This document shows, piece after piece, positions 19,879-32,900 of a stretch of 40,414 bases of DNA (positions are counted from its first letter, which is position 1; every line of letters begins with the position of its first letter). The notes below the pieces were generated by a model. The model did not search any database. It was not told where the DNA came from and worked only from the letters and a program-made list of their open reading frames with translations. Source of the stretch: Chrysochromulina tobinii (Eukaryota); contig JWZX01002443.1 in NCBI GenBank assembly GCA_001275005.1, positions 1 through 40,414 of the forward strand. The letters run 5' to 3'. The position numbers and the translations under genes were made by a program.

Positions 19879-20626
19879 AGGACGCTGAGAGTGTAGCAGA
19901 GAGAGGCCGGACGGCGACGGCGCGGGCGGCGGCAGCAGCGAGGCCGGACGAGTGCTCGTCGCGGCATCGCGAAGAGGAGGTGCAAGCGCAGCCATGGAGC
20001 GCAGCAGGCAGAAGAACAGGGGTCAGCGGCAGGCGATGGCTAGGTTTGACCGACGACTGGCGGCGGATGACGCGAGCGTGAGCTGAGCTGAACGGTGCGA
20101 GGGCGAGGGTTCCGAGTCTGTGTTGCTCACGCGACTGCGGGACGGGCCCTCTCCCTTGTGCTGGTCATCTCGGCGAGCGTGACGCTGCGCCGACCGGCCT
20201 CGAGTTCCCCGGTCGAGGCGCCTATGTCTCCCTCTTTCTCTCCCCCAATCCCCCTCTCTCTATCTATTCTCTTCGATCTCTAGCTGTACTCTGAGGGCAC
20301 GCAGGCTAGCACCCTGTGGCGTGTCTCCTCCTGGTCTCCTTCCCGTTCGTGCTCCTTCCGTTGTGTCCTCACCATCTCCGTCGACTCTCACCCCCACTGC
20401 TAGCCTCGAGAGCACATTCGATAGGCTTCCGTTAGGTTGTCTGTTGTTTATGCAGTAACTGAACTTAGCTAAAAAAGGAGGGGGTGGCTGCAGAGTTCCA
20501 AGAAGCCTGGAGTGCAGCCCGCGGCGTGCATGCATATTTGGCGTTCTTTGTTTGTAATTATCCACAAGAATCTCGCCTGAAGAATCTCTCGCTGGGGCTC
20601 CGGAGACTGCGACCGACGACGGGATA

Positions 20627-21691
20627 ATGGACGGGATGCCGCGTGGGTGGACGATACTGGCCTTTTTTTCGGCGTTCGTATGTGTGGGCGCACTACAGCC
20701 TCCTCCGGCTCCGCGCCGCGCTGCTGCACGCACCACCGCCGCGATCAAACGGAAGAGCACCCTGAACGACCTCGACCCGACTCTCCAGAAAGCCGGACTT
20801 GCGTCGGCCCCGCGCGAGGCGACAGCATACCGGCTCAACCCGCAGCAGACGGCGGTTATACGCATCGCTCTTACCGGTGGCCCATGCGCAGGTAAGTCCA
20901 GCTGCCTCGCCCACATCACGGAGACTGCGTCGGCGGCGGGCTTTGACGTTTACCGCAGCCCTGAGACGGCGACGGTGCTCTTCAACGCCGGCGTGCAACT
21001 GCCTCTTGGCGATGTGGAGGGGATGTTCCAATTCCAGTTTTCCCTCATGCGCCTTCAGCTGGCCGTTGAGCGCAGCCTCACTAGGATCGCCGCTTCCACT
21101 GGGCGGCCCTCGATCATCATCTTTGACCGCGGCTTGCTCGACCCCAAAGGCTACATGGACGAGGCGACGTGGGCGCGCGTACTGAACGAATTGGACAGCA
21201 CGTACACGGACACTGGCTTCGTGAAAAAGGGCGTGACAGAATCTTATCTCCTCAACCGCTATGACGGAGTGCTTCACATGGTGACGGCAGCCGACGGCGC
21301 GACCGAGTACTACAAGTACGGCACGGTCAAGGACGATTCGGGCAATGTGGTGATCCGGCATGAGACGCCGGAGAAAGCGGTTGCGCTGGACGTCAAGATG
21401 CGCGAGTGTTGGAAAGCGCATCCCAATCAGCAGGTGGTGGGGAATGGTCAGGGCGGCTTTGGCGAAAAGCTTGAGGCTGCGGCGGCGGTCGTGCTCGGAT
21501 TGGCCAAGAAGACCCACCCGGTCGAGTTTGCCATGGCGGGAAGCCGAACTAAGCAAGAGGAGCTGGAGGCGCGAGCCATGGCGGCGGAGGAGCGCGCCAC
21601 GGCGGCGGAGGAACGTGCCATGGAGGCAGAGGTGCGTGCGAAGGAGGCCGAGAAGGCGCTCGACGACGTGCGACGAGCGAGGAGCGCGTGA
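20627..21691 (+). CDS. NadR/Ttd14-type (AAA_28-like) P-loop NTPase with N-terminal signal peptide and C-terminal coiled coil
   Basis: RIALTGGPCAGKSS, YRSPETAT, IIFDRGLLD.KGY, RYDGVLHMVTAADGA, RHETPEKA..LD, W..HP are typical of TRPL translocation defect 14-like proteins. Hydrophobic leader WTILAFFSAFVCVGA. Confidence 0.85.
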   Translation: MDGMPRGWTILAFFSAFVCVGALQPPPAPRRAAARTTAAIKRKSTLNDLDPTLQKAGLASAPREATAYRLNPQQTAVIRIALTGGPCAGKSSCLAHITETASAAGFDVYRSPETATVLFNAGVQLPLGDVEGMFQFQFSLMRLQLAVERSLTRIAASTGRPSIIIFDRGLLDPKGYMDEATWARVLNELDSTYTDTGFVKKGVTESYLLNRYDGVLHMVTAADGATEYYKYGTVKDDSGNVVIRHETPEKAVALDVKMRECWKAHPNQQVVGNGQGGFGEKLEAAAAVVLGLAKKTHPVEFAMAGSRTKQEELEARAMAAEERATAAEERAMEAEVRAKEAEKALDDVRRARSA

Positions 21692-23186
21692 GACAGGACA
21701 TCAGGCGTCAGGCCGGCGGCGAGGGTTAGGCGAGGGTGGGCGGAGAAACCGGTTGGAGCCGAATTGCGGAACACCCGGGGTCGGGGCTGCGATGATGCTA
21801 TGTGCGAAGAAGCCCACACCCTCAGCACGCAGCCTCCAACGTCCAACCTACGTCCAACCCTGTCGTGTGCCCACCCTCGCCTCGGCTCCTGGCGCGCCTC
21901 GACCCTCGACCAGTGTATCCAGTCGACCTCGTGGTTAGCTTTTTTGAACTTTTTGTCTTTACTCTTATGAAATAGATTTTACCAATTGCGTAACATTTGA
22001 ACCCAACCGAACGGAACGTGCGAGAGGTCCCTGTCGTGTCCACGCTCAGATTGAGGCATCGAGGCACCCGGTAAGCGCTCATTTTAGCGCGGCGAGTCGC
22101 GCGAAGATGTGGCAATCGCTGAGTAGGCGCGGTGACGGTTCTCTGCGGTTCGGTTAGGGATGGAGCTGTAGCCGTCATTGAACAGATCGACCCCCGCCCC
22201 CCCTCTCCACAGCGGACAGCGCCCAGGCTCACTGGTCTCGGCGGTAATGGATAATGGTACATATGTGTATTAAAGTGTAATAGCTTTCCCAGCCACGGTC
22301 GATGACGGACGGCGCGTCAGCGGCGGCCGTGTGATGAAGTAGATGAAAGAAGGTAAGAAGCCGTCTGCCGGATCGATGAGGATCCGATCTTCGAGGAGCG
22401 GGCCGACTCGCTCTTCCTCGACCTCGTCGCTCGCAGTGGACGAGTGGATATTGACTCGGAGTTGACTTTCCATGGGTGTAAAAACACACACAACTACACT
22501 CACGCGCAACACACTGCACACTGCACCTACATCGCCGCCCGGTCCGCCCCCTTGCGCCGCTAGCGCCGCCGCCTTTGCCGCCCGCACGTCACGTGCTTCG
22601 AGAGGAAGGAACAGTTGTACTCCCCGGGGAGTGCGAAGATGGCGTCTTCCTTCGCCAGCGCCAACGGGCGCGAGCTCTCTCCGCCACCGACCGCGCGCGC
22701 CCCGCCCATACTCGCGCGCCAACCCGTAGAGAAACGCCCCGTGGAGGAGCTCCACCCCAGAGCTTCCAACCAGGAACGTCGAGGCGCTTCCAACTGTGCC
22801 ACCGAATCCACAAAGCCCGGCTCCATGAACCGCACTTCTACTCCGACCGCGCACACTCGACGCACGTGAGCGCCTTCAGCTCCGGTCCTCCGTTGAAGCA
22901 CGCTCGGAGCCTTTGCCACGCCTCCAGCGAGATGAGCTTCATCGCGCCGGTGCGCGCGTGCTCCGGGTCCGCCGCGCCGCCGCCGTGGCGGCACAAGAGA
23001 GGCGCGTTATCAATGGGACCGGGCTCACCGGCACCTACGCCCACCCCCAGTGTCAGGCACGACTACAGCCAAGCGCTCCCGATCCAACGGCCGTCTTGGC
23101 CTTCGGCCGTGCCAAGGATCGGCACGAGCTTGTCCAAATGGCAACGCTCTGGTGCATAGCTCTGCGCACCTTAAAAAGACCATGCC

Positions 23187-23714
23187 CTAGCCCGTGACGG
23201 AATCATTTTCAAACCTCTCATTCTGCGGCGGTAGCACCTTTCCAGCGACCGGCAGCTCCACGATGCCAGTGACTGTGCCACACTCAGCTGGGAGCTTTTC
23301 CAAGTCCTTTGTGAGCGCCTTGCAAAGAGCTTTCTCCGAAAACATCTTGGTGGTGAATTGGCCTTCGGAGATTCGGCTCACGAGCAAAACGGTGCACCCA
23401 TCGTCGTCGCCAATTGTAAAGCGCACGCCGCCATCCTGACCACCCTTTTTGTCGGGGTTCATGGACCACTCGCTCGTCGGCTTGCGGCGAAAGGTGAGAG
23501 ACACGCCGTACTGCGGCTTCTCGAGTGGAAGCACCAGCATCGGCTGCATCGGCAGCACAGCGGCAAACGAGCGCTTCATCAGCCATTCTTCCAACTTTGC
23601 GGGCGCCCCATTCGCGAGCCGGACCTGAAGGAGCACGTCGAGTGCGGCAGGCCTTGACAGCGAAAAGGCGCCGGCGAGCGGCACGAGGAACGCAAGCACG
23701 ATACGAACGGCCAT
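23187..23714 (-). CDS. Small protein of unknown function, probably plastid-targeted
   Basis: ATG at 23714 gives MAVRIVLAFLVPLAGA-FSLSR (signal peptide followed by Phe, as in secondary-plastid bipartite leaders), then a globular-looking region (FRRKPT...KGGQDGGVRF...RISEGQ...FSEK). Confidence 0.7.
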   Translation of the reverse strand: MAVRIVLAFLVPLAGAFSLSRPAALDVLLQVRLANGAPAKLEEWLMKRSFAAVLPMQPMLVLPLEKPQYGVSLTFRRKPTSEWSMNPDKKGGQDGGVRFTIGDDDGCTVLLVSRISEGQFTTKMFSEKALCKALTKDLEKLPAECGTVTGIVELPVAGKVLPPQNERFENDSVTG

Positions 23715-23950
23715 TCCGAGCGTTCGTCGAGACCGTGAATAGACGTGAGCGTCCACAGCAAGGAGTTTTGACAGTCAACATTTGCCCACAAAAGGTGCAA
23801 GCCATTTCTGTTCACACCACGCGTCCGACTCGTTTCCCACGAGAATTGGGCCACCGGTCCGGTCGGCATACATGCCGCCGGCCAGCACCTCGCCCAGGGC
23901 CAAAGTGCCACCGCTCTCTCCCGGCAAGGCTGCCTTTGAAAAGAGCGCTG

Positions 23951-26900
23951 ATGCAGGAGGTGCGTGCAAACACCGTGCGAGCGATGATACCTGCATGCCC
24001 TACTGACGACCCTGCACGCCTCGCTCACGTCGCTGCTTCCGCCGTCATCGCAGGCAAGTCGGCTCGTTCAGGCTCGGCTCCGCCGGCTCGCCCGACTGGA
24101 GCACCGCTCAGCGCGCGGAATCCCCCGCCCTCCGCTGGGCCGCCACTGTCGCCTCGTGCGTCCGCACGCCCACCTTCACCTCGCGGAGCTCGTCCGAGCA
24201 CCGGCGGACTGACACCACGCCGGGAGTCCAGCGAGCCGAAGAAGAGTGGCGCTGGCGTCGCGGCTGGTGCTAAACCAGCCAGCAAAGAAGCGCCAGCCGC
24301 CAAGTCCAAGGACGGCACGAGAGAGGCTCAGACGGGAGCGTCGCCACCCAAGGAGGGCCGCAAGGCTACCGCCGCTGCAGCCGGTGCCAAGTTGCCAGGC
24401 GACCTTCGGAGCAGCAAGGACCGCGATAATGCTGCGAATGCCGCCGCGGAGCGCGCGGCCTCCGACATGGGCGTGGCGACGGACGTGCGCGGAGAGAAAG
24501 AGGTGTGCGGTCCCGCCATGACGCTCGAGGCAGCGGTTACGCTGGGTGCGCGGCTTGACGCGGCGGGGCTACCGCACAAGGGGCGCGCTGTGGACCTGAC
24601 GCGCGCACTCCTCGCCGCAAATGCGCCGCGGCTCGTGCTCACCTTCCTGCACTACTCGCGCCTCTCGGGCGTTGCGACGCTGCGAGAGGCCACGCGCTTC
24701 CGGCTCGCCGGACTGCAGCAGCTGGCGCGCGACTCGGGCCTCGACTCACGCGACTTCGACCTGAACTCGATCGCGCGCGTGCTCTCGATGTACGTGGAGG
24801 ACGCCAAGGTCGGCAAGTCCGCAGCTGCTGCCAAGGATGTCAAGGACAGCGGCATGCCACCCGAGCACGCGGAACTCCGCCTCGAGCAGTTCATGCAGCT
24901 CCTAGTGCAGCTCGCGTTCTGCTGGGTGCACCCGCGGCACGGGCACGCGCTCTTCGATGCGCCGCGACCCAACCAGTCGTTCGTCAACCAGACGTCCGTG
25001 CTCGGCAAGATCGACGAGACCACCGCCGTGCCCAACGCCGTGCGCAAGCTCATGGAGTCGCTGCTGCCCAAGATGAAGGGCGTCGAGTGCCAAAGCTACC
25101 GCGAGCGGCTGCAACGTGACGTCGAGTCACAGACGGTGCTCGCCTCATACAAGGGATCGATCGAGACGTGGGCTGAGAAGCTGCGCGCCTCGTTCTTCAC
25201 GAGCAAGGCCGATCCGCTCGAGCATTGGTCCAAGGCGCTCGACGCCAAGCGCTGCCTGGGCACGCTCACGGTACCCATCACGGACCGTAACGGTCAGCAG
25301 CGCACGTACAAGGCAGGGCTTTCAGCGGCGCAAGCGCGCGTGTGCTTCCTCGAGGCCCAGAGCGACGTGTCTTCGGTCGCCCTCGGCCGCGGCGCCTCGA
25401 TGTTCGACACCGGTGTCGTGATGGAGGCGCTCGCGCGCTGCGGCGAGGTCAAGTACGGCGCTGTGGAAGCGATGGGCACGCTCGCCAAGTGCGTGGGCGG
25501 GATGGTGCGCAATGTCATCGGGAGGGCAAATGAGATCGAGGTGCTCACCGAGGCGGTGGTGGGCAAGGATCTCGAGTCGACCGAAGGCCTCGCTGAGCGG
25601 CAGGAGGCTGCCCGCGCGGGGGCCTGGACGGCGTGCTGGAAGAAGATGGTGTTCAAGGATATGGTGGGCTACCCGCTGTGGGAGCAGCAGCTTCACGACG
25701 TGCTCCAGCCCGTCTTTCCGGACCTGCAGTCGATCTTCGTGCACTACTGCGGCTCTTCGATCCAGGGGACCATGACGATCTCGTCCGCGACGAAGCTCGG
25801 TGTCATGGAGCTGCTCACCCTTGCCAAAGACACCCAGCTCTGCAATAAGCAGTTCAACGAGGATGAGCTCACACGCCAGTTTTCCGCGGCCAATGCGCAG
25901 ACCGCGCTCGCCGAGAGCGGCTCGGCCGAGCGCCACGCCACGGTGGCGGGCGTCAAGAAGAAGCAGCTGCCCTGGGATCCGATTCGCGAAGCGATCGAGA
26001 AGCGCCTCAAGCGCGACACGCCGCCGCAGGACCAGCACCTCAATCTCTTCGAGTTCGTCAACTTCCTCGTGCGCGTGGCCTTCTGGCGCGCCAACCCGCA
26101 GTGGGGCTCCAAGTACAACAAGAAGGACCTCACGCCGGTGCCCGAGGCGATGCAGTTGCTGCTCGACGGGTTCCTGCCGCGCGCCAGGCGCGACACCTCG
26201 GGAGAGTTCCGCGAGCTGCTCGCCGAGGATATGTCGTCGCAGCACGTACTCTCGGAGTATCGCGAGAAGGTGCACGACTGGCTGCGGCAGGCGCTGCGCA
26301 AGGACAGCGGCAAGGCGGATGGGCTCAACGCAGCGGCCACGCGCCTCACCTATGGGCTTTGGGTGAGCCTCATGGACGGGCCCGATCCCGAGCAGCAAAA
26401 GGCATCCGCCGCGCGCGCTGCGTGCCCCAAGATGGTAGGCCTGTGGTCGTGTAGGCAAGAGTCGCAGATCACGGGCGACGAGCGCGTCCTCCGGCGCAAC
26501 CAGCTTGAGCTCCACGCGAAGCTCTCGATCCCGCAGGTCCGCTGGAACTTTCTGCGCTCTCAGCGCGTCGAGCAGATGGGCGAGGGTGAGGTCGGGGACG
26601 ATTCAAGCTACGGGGCCCTCGACTATACCGAGTTGCTCGAGTGCCTGGCGCGCTGTGCCGTTGACATGTTCGCCGATGCGATGAAGACCTGGGTGCCTTC
26701 AAAGGATGCGTACGCGTTCACGATGGCCGAGGCGATCCGCGCCTTTTTGCGTGTGCTGCTCTGGGAGGCGAGCGTTGAGTACGTTCTGTGGGAAACGATG
26801 CTCATCAAGGCCGAGCGCTTCGACGCCGAGCTGCACGCGCGCCCGCTGCCCACCCAGACCGACGCCGAGTTCCAACTCTTCAGGGACTGCTGGAAGGTGA

Positions 26901-29900
26901 TGCCGCTGATGGACCTGTACGGCTTCCCGCTCTGGGAGAAGGGCGTGCACGACGTGCTGCAGGCGCACTTCATGCCGATCATGCGCATCTTCGCGCACTA
27001 CTGCAAGGGCATCTCGGGCATCGACTCGGCCGCCGACGCACTCGAGATGGAGCTTGACGAATTCCACGACTTCGTCAAGGCGGCGCGCATCGAGACGCCG
27101 ATCATCCGCTTCGACACGATGTGCACCATCTTCGCCAAGGCGAACGCGACCAACACGCAAGCGGCCTACGAGCAGCGCAAGATGGAGCGACGCAACTCGA
27201 CCGTGCAGGCGGAGTTGGAGCGAAATCTGGATGAAAAGGCCCGAAAGGCCCGCGAGCCCGCGCACAAGCAAGGCAACCGCCCGGGCAAGGCAGTGGTCGA
27301 CTACCAAGGCGAGTTTGCGTACGAGGGCGACCGGTTTAAGAAGCCCGACAACCGGCTCACGCTGAGCGAGTTCCTGTGCTGCCTCGTGCGCATCTCCTTC
27401 CTGCGCGCCAACCCGAAGCACGGCCAGTACGACCACAAGGGCAAGGTTGACCCGCTGCCCGGCTGCCTCGAGAAGATGATCGTGAGCTGCTTGCTGCCGA
27501 ATGCGACGCAGGACGCCTCATCTCTCTTCCGCGAGGAGCTCCAAGCCGATCGTCACCGCCTCGCCGTCTTCGAAGCTAACGACGAGGAGTTGCGCTATTG
27601 GTTCCACGAGGTGACTCGGCTCACGGGCGCGCACGGGAACAAGAAGAACGCGAAGAATCTGAACATGGAGACCTACCTGGACATCGTGCGCGGCTTTCTC
27701 ACGTTCCACAAGAAGCCCGGATGGTCGATTAAGAAGGACGGCGAGGGCGGCCTCGTCATGAAGCGACGCACGGCTGGCCGCGGAGAAGTGAACACCTTGT
27801 CGGAGTTTGCCATCGTGGGCGACTGCACCGTCCAGCGCGAGTCGGACATCACCGGCGACGAGCGGTGCAAGGAGAAGTTCACCTGCCGCCTCTCAGTGCT
27901 CGAGTGCAAGTACGCCTTCCTCAACTCGCAGTCGCTCGAGCAGATGCGTGCGACCGAGGCGTCTGACGACTCGGACCAAGCGACGCTCGACTTTGACGAG
28001 TTCAAGGAGTGCCTCGCGCGCTGCGCGCACGCCAAGTACGGTGAGATCAAGCGCATCCCGCCGGCCAGGGGCCTGCAGGGCCTGATCGACAACCTCTTCG
28101 GGCGCGCCTCAGACGAGGCCATCATCCGCGACGCGACGTACATCTACGCGACGCGCTTCGACTGGGCTGACTCGCGCCCGCTGCCCGGCCAGTCGCTCGC
28201 GCTCCATCGGCAGTGGCGCGACTGCTGGCAGAACCTCGAGATCGCCGACCTGCACCACTTCCCGCTCTGGGAGAAGGAGGTGCACGACACGCTGCAGCCC
28301 GTTTTCGGCGAGATCCAAAAGATCTTTGCCAACTACTGCAAGTCGATAGGCGGCATCACGGCCGAGGACGCCGTCGAGATGACCATGACAGAGTTTAAGA
28401 AGTTGGTCAAAGATGTCCACCTCGAGACGCGAGACTTCAAGTTTGACGTGATGCAGAACTTGTTCAAGAAGGCGAACGCGCTCAACAACAATGCGGCGCA
28501 CTTCCAGCGCAAGCAGGAGGCGGGCAACTCGGACGTGAAGCAAGGCGTTGGTTCGAAGGTGAGGACGCTCGAGCAGAACTCGAAGCGGCGCTCGATGCGA
28601 GCACACGGGCAACGCGACCAGGAAATGGACAACGAGCTCGTTCTCTACGAGTTCGTCGAGCTGCTTGTGCGCATCGCCTTCTGGCGCGCCAACCCGTACC
28701 ACGGGCTGCTCAAGCTCGCTACGAAGCTCATCCCGCTGCCCGACTGCCTCTACTCGCTGCTGCACGAGGTCATTCTGCCCAACGCGAAGCGGGACGAGAC
28801 CTTCGCCTTCAAGGAGCGGCTGCGCCAGGACGCACACCTGCAGGCGGCGCTGCGTCAAGCTGAGCCACGGCTGCGCAGCTGGTTCAACGTGCACACGCAG
28901 TCGATGTGGCTGCGTGAGCAGCGGCGCGCTCTGCAGTTCCAGCAGTGGCAGGACCTCATGAAGCGTGGCTGGGGCTCGCGCGGGCCACTCTCGGCACAGC
29001 CACAGGTGGGCTTCTGCCCAGGGCAACTCGTAGGCACCTGGGAGATCAACCAGGACTCGGAGATCACTGGCGACGAGCGCTGCAGGAACAGGCACAGCTG
29101 CGCCCTCTCCTTCCCGACCATCAAGCTCGCGTTCATCGCGTCGCAGTCGCTGGACCAGATGACCGTCGGCCAGGCCAAGTCAACGGACGAGTTCTGTACT
29201 CTCGAGTACTCGGAGTTCGAGGAGTGCCTGGCGCGCTGTGCGCTCGACAAGTACCGATCGGTCAAGGGCATGCGCGATCCCGCGATGATCACTGCCTTCG
29301 TGGCCAACCTGCTCGGCGAGGAGAACACCGAAGAGTCGATGAACACGGCGACGCTCATCCGGTACCCACGCTTCGAATGGCGTCGTGAGGCGCAGCCGCT
29401 CGAGGGGCAGCCGCTGCGCGAGTTCAAGCGTTGGCTCGGCGTGTGGCAGCGGCTCGAGCTGAATGATCTCTTCTACTTCCCGATTTGGGAGAAGGAGGTG
29501 CACGACTGCCTGCAGCGCCACTTCCATGCGCTCTCGCTCATCTTCCTCGCGTACGCACGCTCGGCCCTCGGCTCGGACTCGGCCGAGGACGCGACGGAGA
29601 TGGAGATGGCCGAGTTCTACGACTTCGTGCAAGAGTGCCGCCTCGAGACCAAGCTGATCAACTTCGACATGATGACGAACCAGTTCATCAAGGTGAACGC
29701 GGTCAACTCGGCTGCCGCGCGCGAGCAGCACCATGATATCCGTCGCTCCGCGGGCACCAAAATGGACGGCAAGGCCGCCGAGCTCGAGCGTGTCAAGGGC
29801 AACAATGACGGCACCGAGGCAGTCAAGGATCAGGAGCTCGTGCTGTACGAGTTCGTCGGGCTGCTCGTGCGCATCGCCTTCCAGCGCGCCAACCCGACCT

Positions 29901-32900
29901 TTGGCAACTTTGGCAACAAGAAGCCCGTGGTGCACCTGCCCGGCTGCCTCGAGCGCATGCTCGTCGATGAGGTGCTGCCGCGCGCGCGCCAGGACTCGTC
30001 GGTGGTCTTCCGGCAGACCGTGATGCAAGAGCTCTCGGTCCTCAAGGTCTTGGAGCAGTACGGCGAGAAGCTGCGCGTGTGGTACAACAATGCCACGAGC
30101 AACGACACCGCGTACTTTGACCGCTCGGAGCAGATGGGGATGGAGCAGTGGTTACGGATCTGCGACCAGATGGACCTCGTCGGCATCTGGCGCTGCTACC
30201 GCGAGTCGGACATCACGGGCGACCCCGCGACGAAGACCGAATACCAGTGGAGCCTCTCGATGCTCCAGGTGAAGCTCAACTTTGCCGACTCGCAGGATAA
30301 GCTCGGAGAACTCGGCGCTGCCAAGGCGTCCGCTGGCGAGAGCATCACTACGCTCTCGTTCCAGGAGTGGCTCGAGAACCTCGCGCGCTGCGGCGTCGAC
30401 AAGTACCGCGCCGTCAAGGACATCGGGCCCGCGCAGGCGGTGGCGGGCTTCATCCAGAATGTGCTCAACGAGGCCTCGCCCGATCAGGTGGTGCTCGCCG
30501 CGACGCGCATCAGTGCCAAGCCATACGACGCCCAGCGGCTCGCGCGCAAGCTGAGCACCGACACGGACGCGGACCTCGCCAAGTGGCTCGACTGTTGGTC
30601 GCGCATCGAGCTCATGGACATGCACTTGTGGCCGACGTGGGACAAGGAGGTGCACGACATCCTGCACCCCCTCTTCAAGGAGCTGCAGCTCATCTTCCTC
30701 GCGTACACGCGCTCCATCTCGGAGGACAGCGCCGAGGACGCGATGGAGATGTCGATGGACGAATTCCACGACTTCGTCGTCGACGTCGGCCTCGAGACGA
30801 AGAAGTATAAGTTCGAGGTGATGCAGAACCAGTTTGTCAAGGCCAACGCGACCAACGTTGCGCAGGTGCGCCAGCAGCGCGTCGAGAGCCGACGCGACGC
30901 CCAAGCCAAGGGATTCGATCGCGAGGTGAAGTCCCTCGAGAAGACGGCGTATAATACGGACAGGGCGGGTAAGGTCAAGCAGGGCACCGATGGGCAGGAG
31001 GTCAAGAAGGACGCGGAGCTCGTGCTCTACGAGTGGCTCAACATGCTCGTGCGCATCGCCTTCTGGCGCGCCAACCCGGACTTTGGGCTCTGGGTCGACA
31101 AGGACGGTGATGGCGTCAAGGACCAGGAGGATCACGTGCCCGTGCCGATGGCGCTCAGCGAGATGCTCAACAAACTTGTTCTCCCGCGCGCCAAGCGCGA
31201 GAACTCGGCCGCCTTCCGCCAGAAGGAGATGCGTGAGTCGTCCGTGCGGAGCGCACTGCACTCGGTGCGCCCGCGGCTCAAGGTGTGGTACACCGACCTG
31301 CAGCAGTCGGCGCTCTCGACCGACAACGACACGAAGCTCGGCTTCGAGGAGTGGGTCAAGGCGATCCGCATGCCCCACGAGCCGACCGCCGAGAGGCCGC
31401 GCACGGACCTGTGCGGCGAGTGGGAGGTCGAGCAGATCTCGGAGATCACTGGAGATCCATCGACGCGCGGCACGCAGATCAAGTGCCGGCTCTCGGTGCC
31501 CACGTGCAAGGCCGCCTTCATGGACTCGCAGAAGGTCGAGCAGCTCGGCGTCGGCCAGGCAGCCGCGAACTCGGCGCAGACCGTGCTGAGCTTCGACGAG
31601 TTCATCGAGTGCATCGCGCGCTGCGCCATCGCCAAGTACTTTGCCGTCAAGCAGATGGACAATGGGCAGAAGATCCTCGCGTTCGTGCGCAACCTGGTAG
31701 GCGAGGCGTCCGAGGAGACGTGCATGCTCGAATGCACCGCGATCAAGGCGGTCCGTTATGATCTCGCCAAGTCGAAACCGCTGCCTGGGGAGTCGGCGGC
31801 AGAGCATGCGGCGTTTGTCGAGGCCTTCAGGAAGTGCCGGCTCGACGGCGTCTACGGCTGGCCCCTGTGGGAAGAAGAGGTGCACAAGTCGCTGCATCTC
31901 GTCTTCGCCGAGCTCTCCTCCATCTTCCGCGCGTACTCCAAGTCGCTCGGGGAGGCGAAGGACTCGGCCACCGCGCGCACCATGTCGCTCGAGGAGTTCC
32001 ACGACTTTGTGGTCGACGTGGGACTCGAGACCGACAACGGTGCGCCGTTCAACTTCGAGCTGATGAAGCCGCTCTTCCTCGAGGCGAACAAGAGCGGCAA
32101 GGGGATGGCGGGCCCCGAGGCGGACGCGGAGCTCGAGATGCATGAGTTCATGAGCGTGCTCGTGCGCGTGTGCTTCTGGCGCCTCAACCCCGAGTACGGC
32201 GAGGTGACCATGGAGCACCAATCGGAGCTGCTGCCCGTGCCGCAGTGCCTGCGCCAGGCGTTCGACGAGCACATCCTCCCGCTCGCGCGCCGCGACGACG
32301 CGGAGCAGTTCCGGCTCGAGGTGATGACGGATCCCGGCGTGCGCCAAGCACTGTACGAGTTCCGCCCTCGGCTGCAGCGCTGGTTCGCCGAGTTTGCGAC
32401 CGCCGACGGCGATACGGGCGACGGTGAGGCCCGAGTGTCGATGGGCAGCTGGATCAAGGCGCTCGAGTCGCTGCAAGGCATTGGCACGTTCGTGTGCGAG
32501 CGAACCTCGGACATGGTGGGCGATGAGCGCGCGGGCGACATGCTGCGCTGCCGGCTATCATCGCCGCAGGCCCGGGGCAACTTTGTCATGTCGCAGCGCG
32601 AGACGGGCGATAAGGGGCAGGACACGACGCTCGACTTTGACGAGCTGCTCGAGTGCATCGCGCGCTGCGGCGTGGACAAGTACAGAGGCATCGTGCAGAT
32701 GAAGCTGGGCGCCAAGGTGCGCGCAATGGTAGGCAACCTACTGGGTGATGTGACCGAGGAGGTGGCCATGGAGAAGGCGACGCACGTCTCGGTGCCGCGC
32801 TTTGATCTACATGCTGAGCCCAAGCCGCCGGGCCTGGCCGATGAGCAGCACGCCGAGTGGAAGCACATGTGGTCGCAGATGTCGCTGAGCGACTTGCACG

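Noticed and set aside
22575..23197. Overlapping short plus-strand ORFs that could form a small gene
   Set aside because: Three frames, no recognisable domain and no convincing splice model. It cannot be supported without transcripts.
23525..23950. N-terminal extension of the 3622-aa ORF
   Set aside because: Non-ATG start, overlaps the minus-strand gene ending at 23714, and has low-complexity composition; ATG 23951 is preferred.
30152..32476. 774-aa minus-strand ORF and other long antisense ORFs (2033-3394, 4673-5815, 25322-26515, 20693-21556)
   Set aside because: Shadow ORFs opposite well-supported genes. Strong C/G third-position bias removes antisense stops, and no motifs are recognisable.
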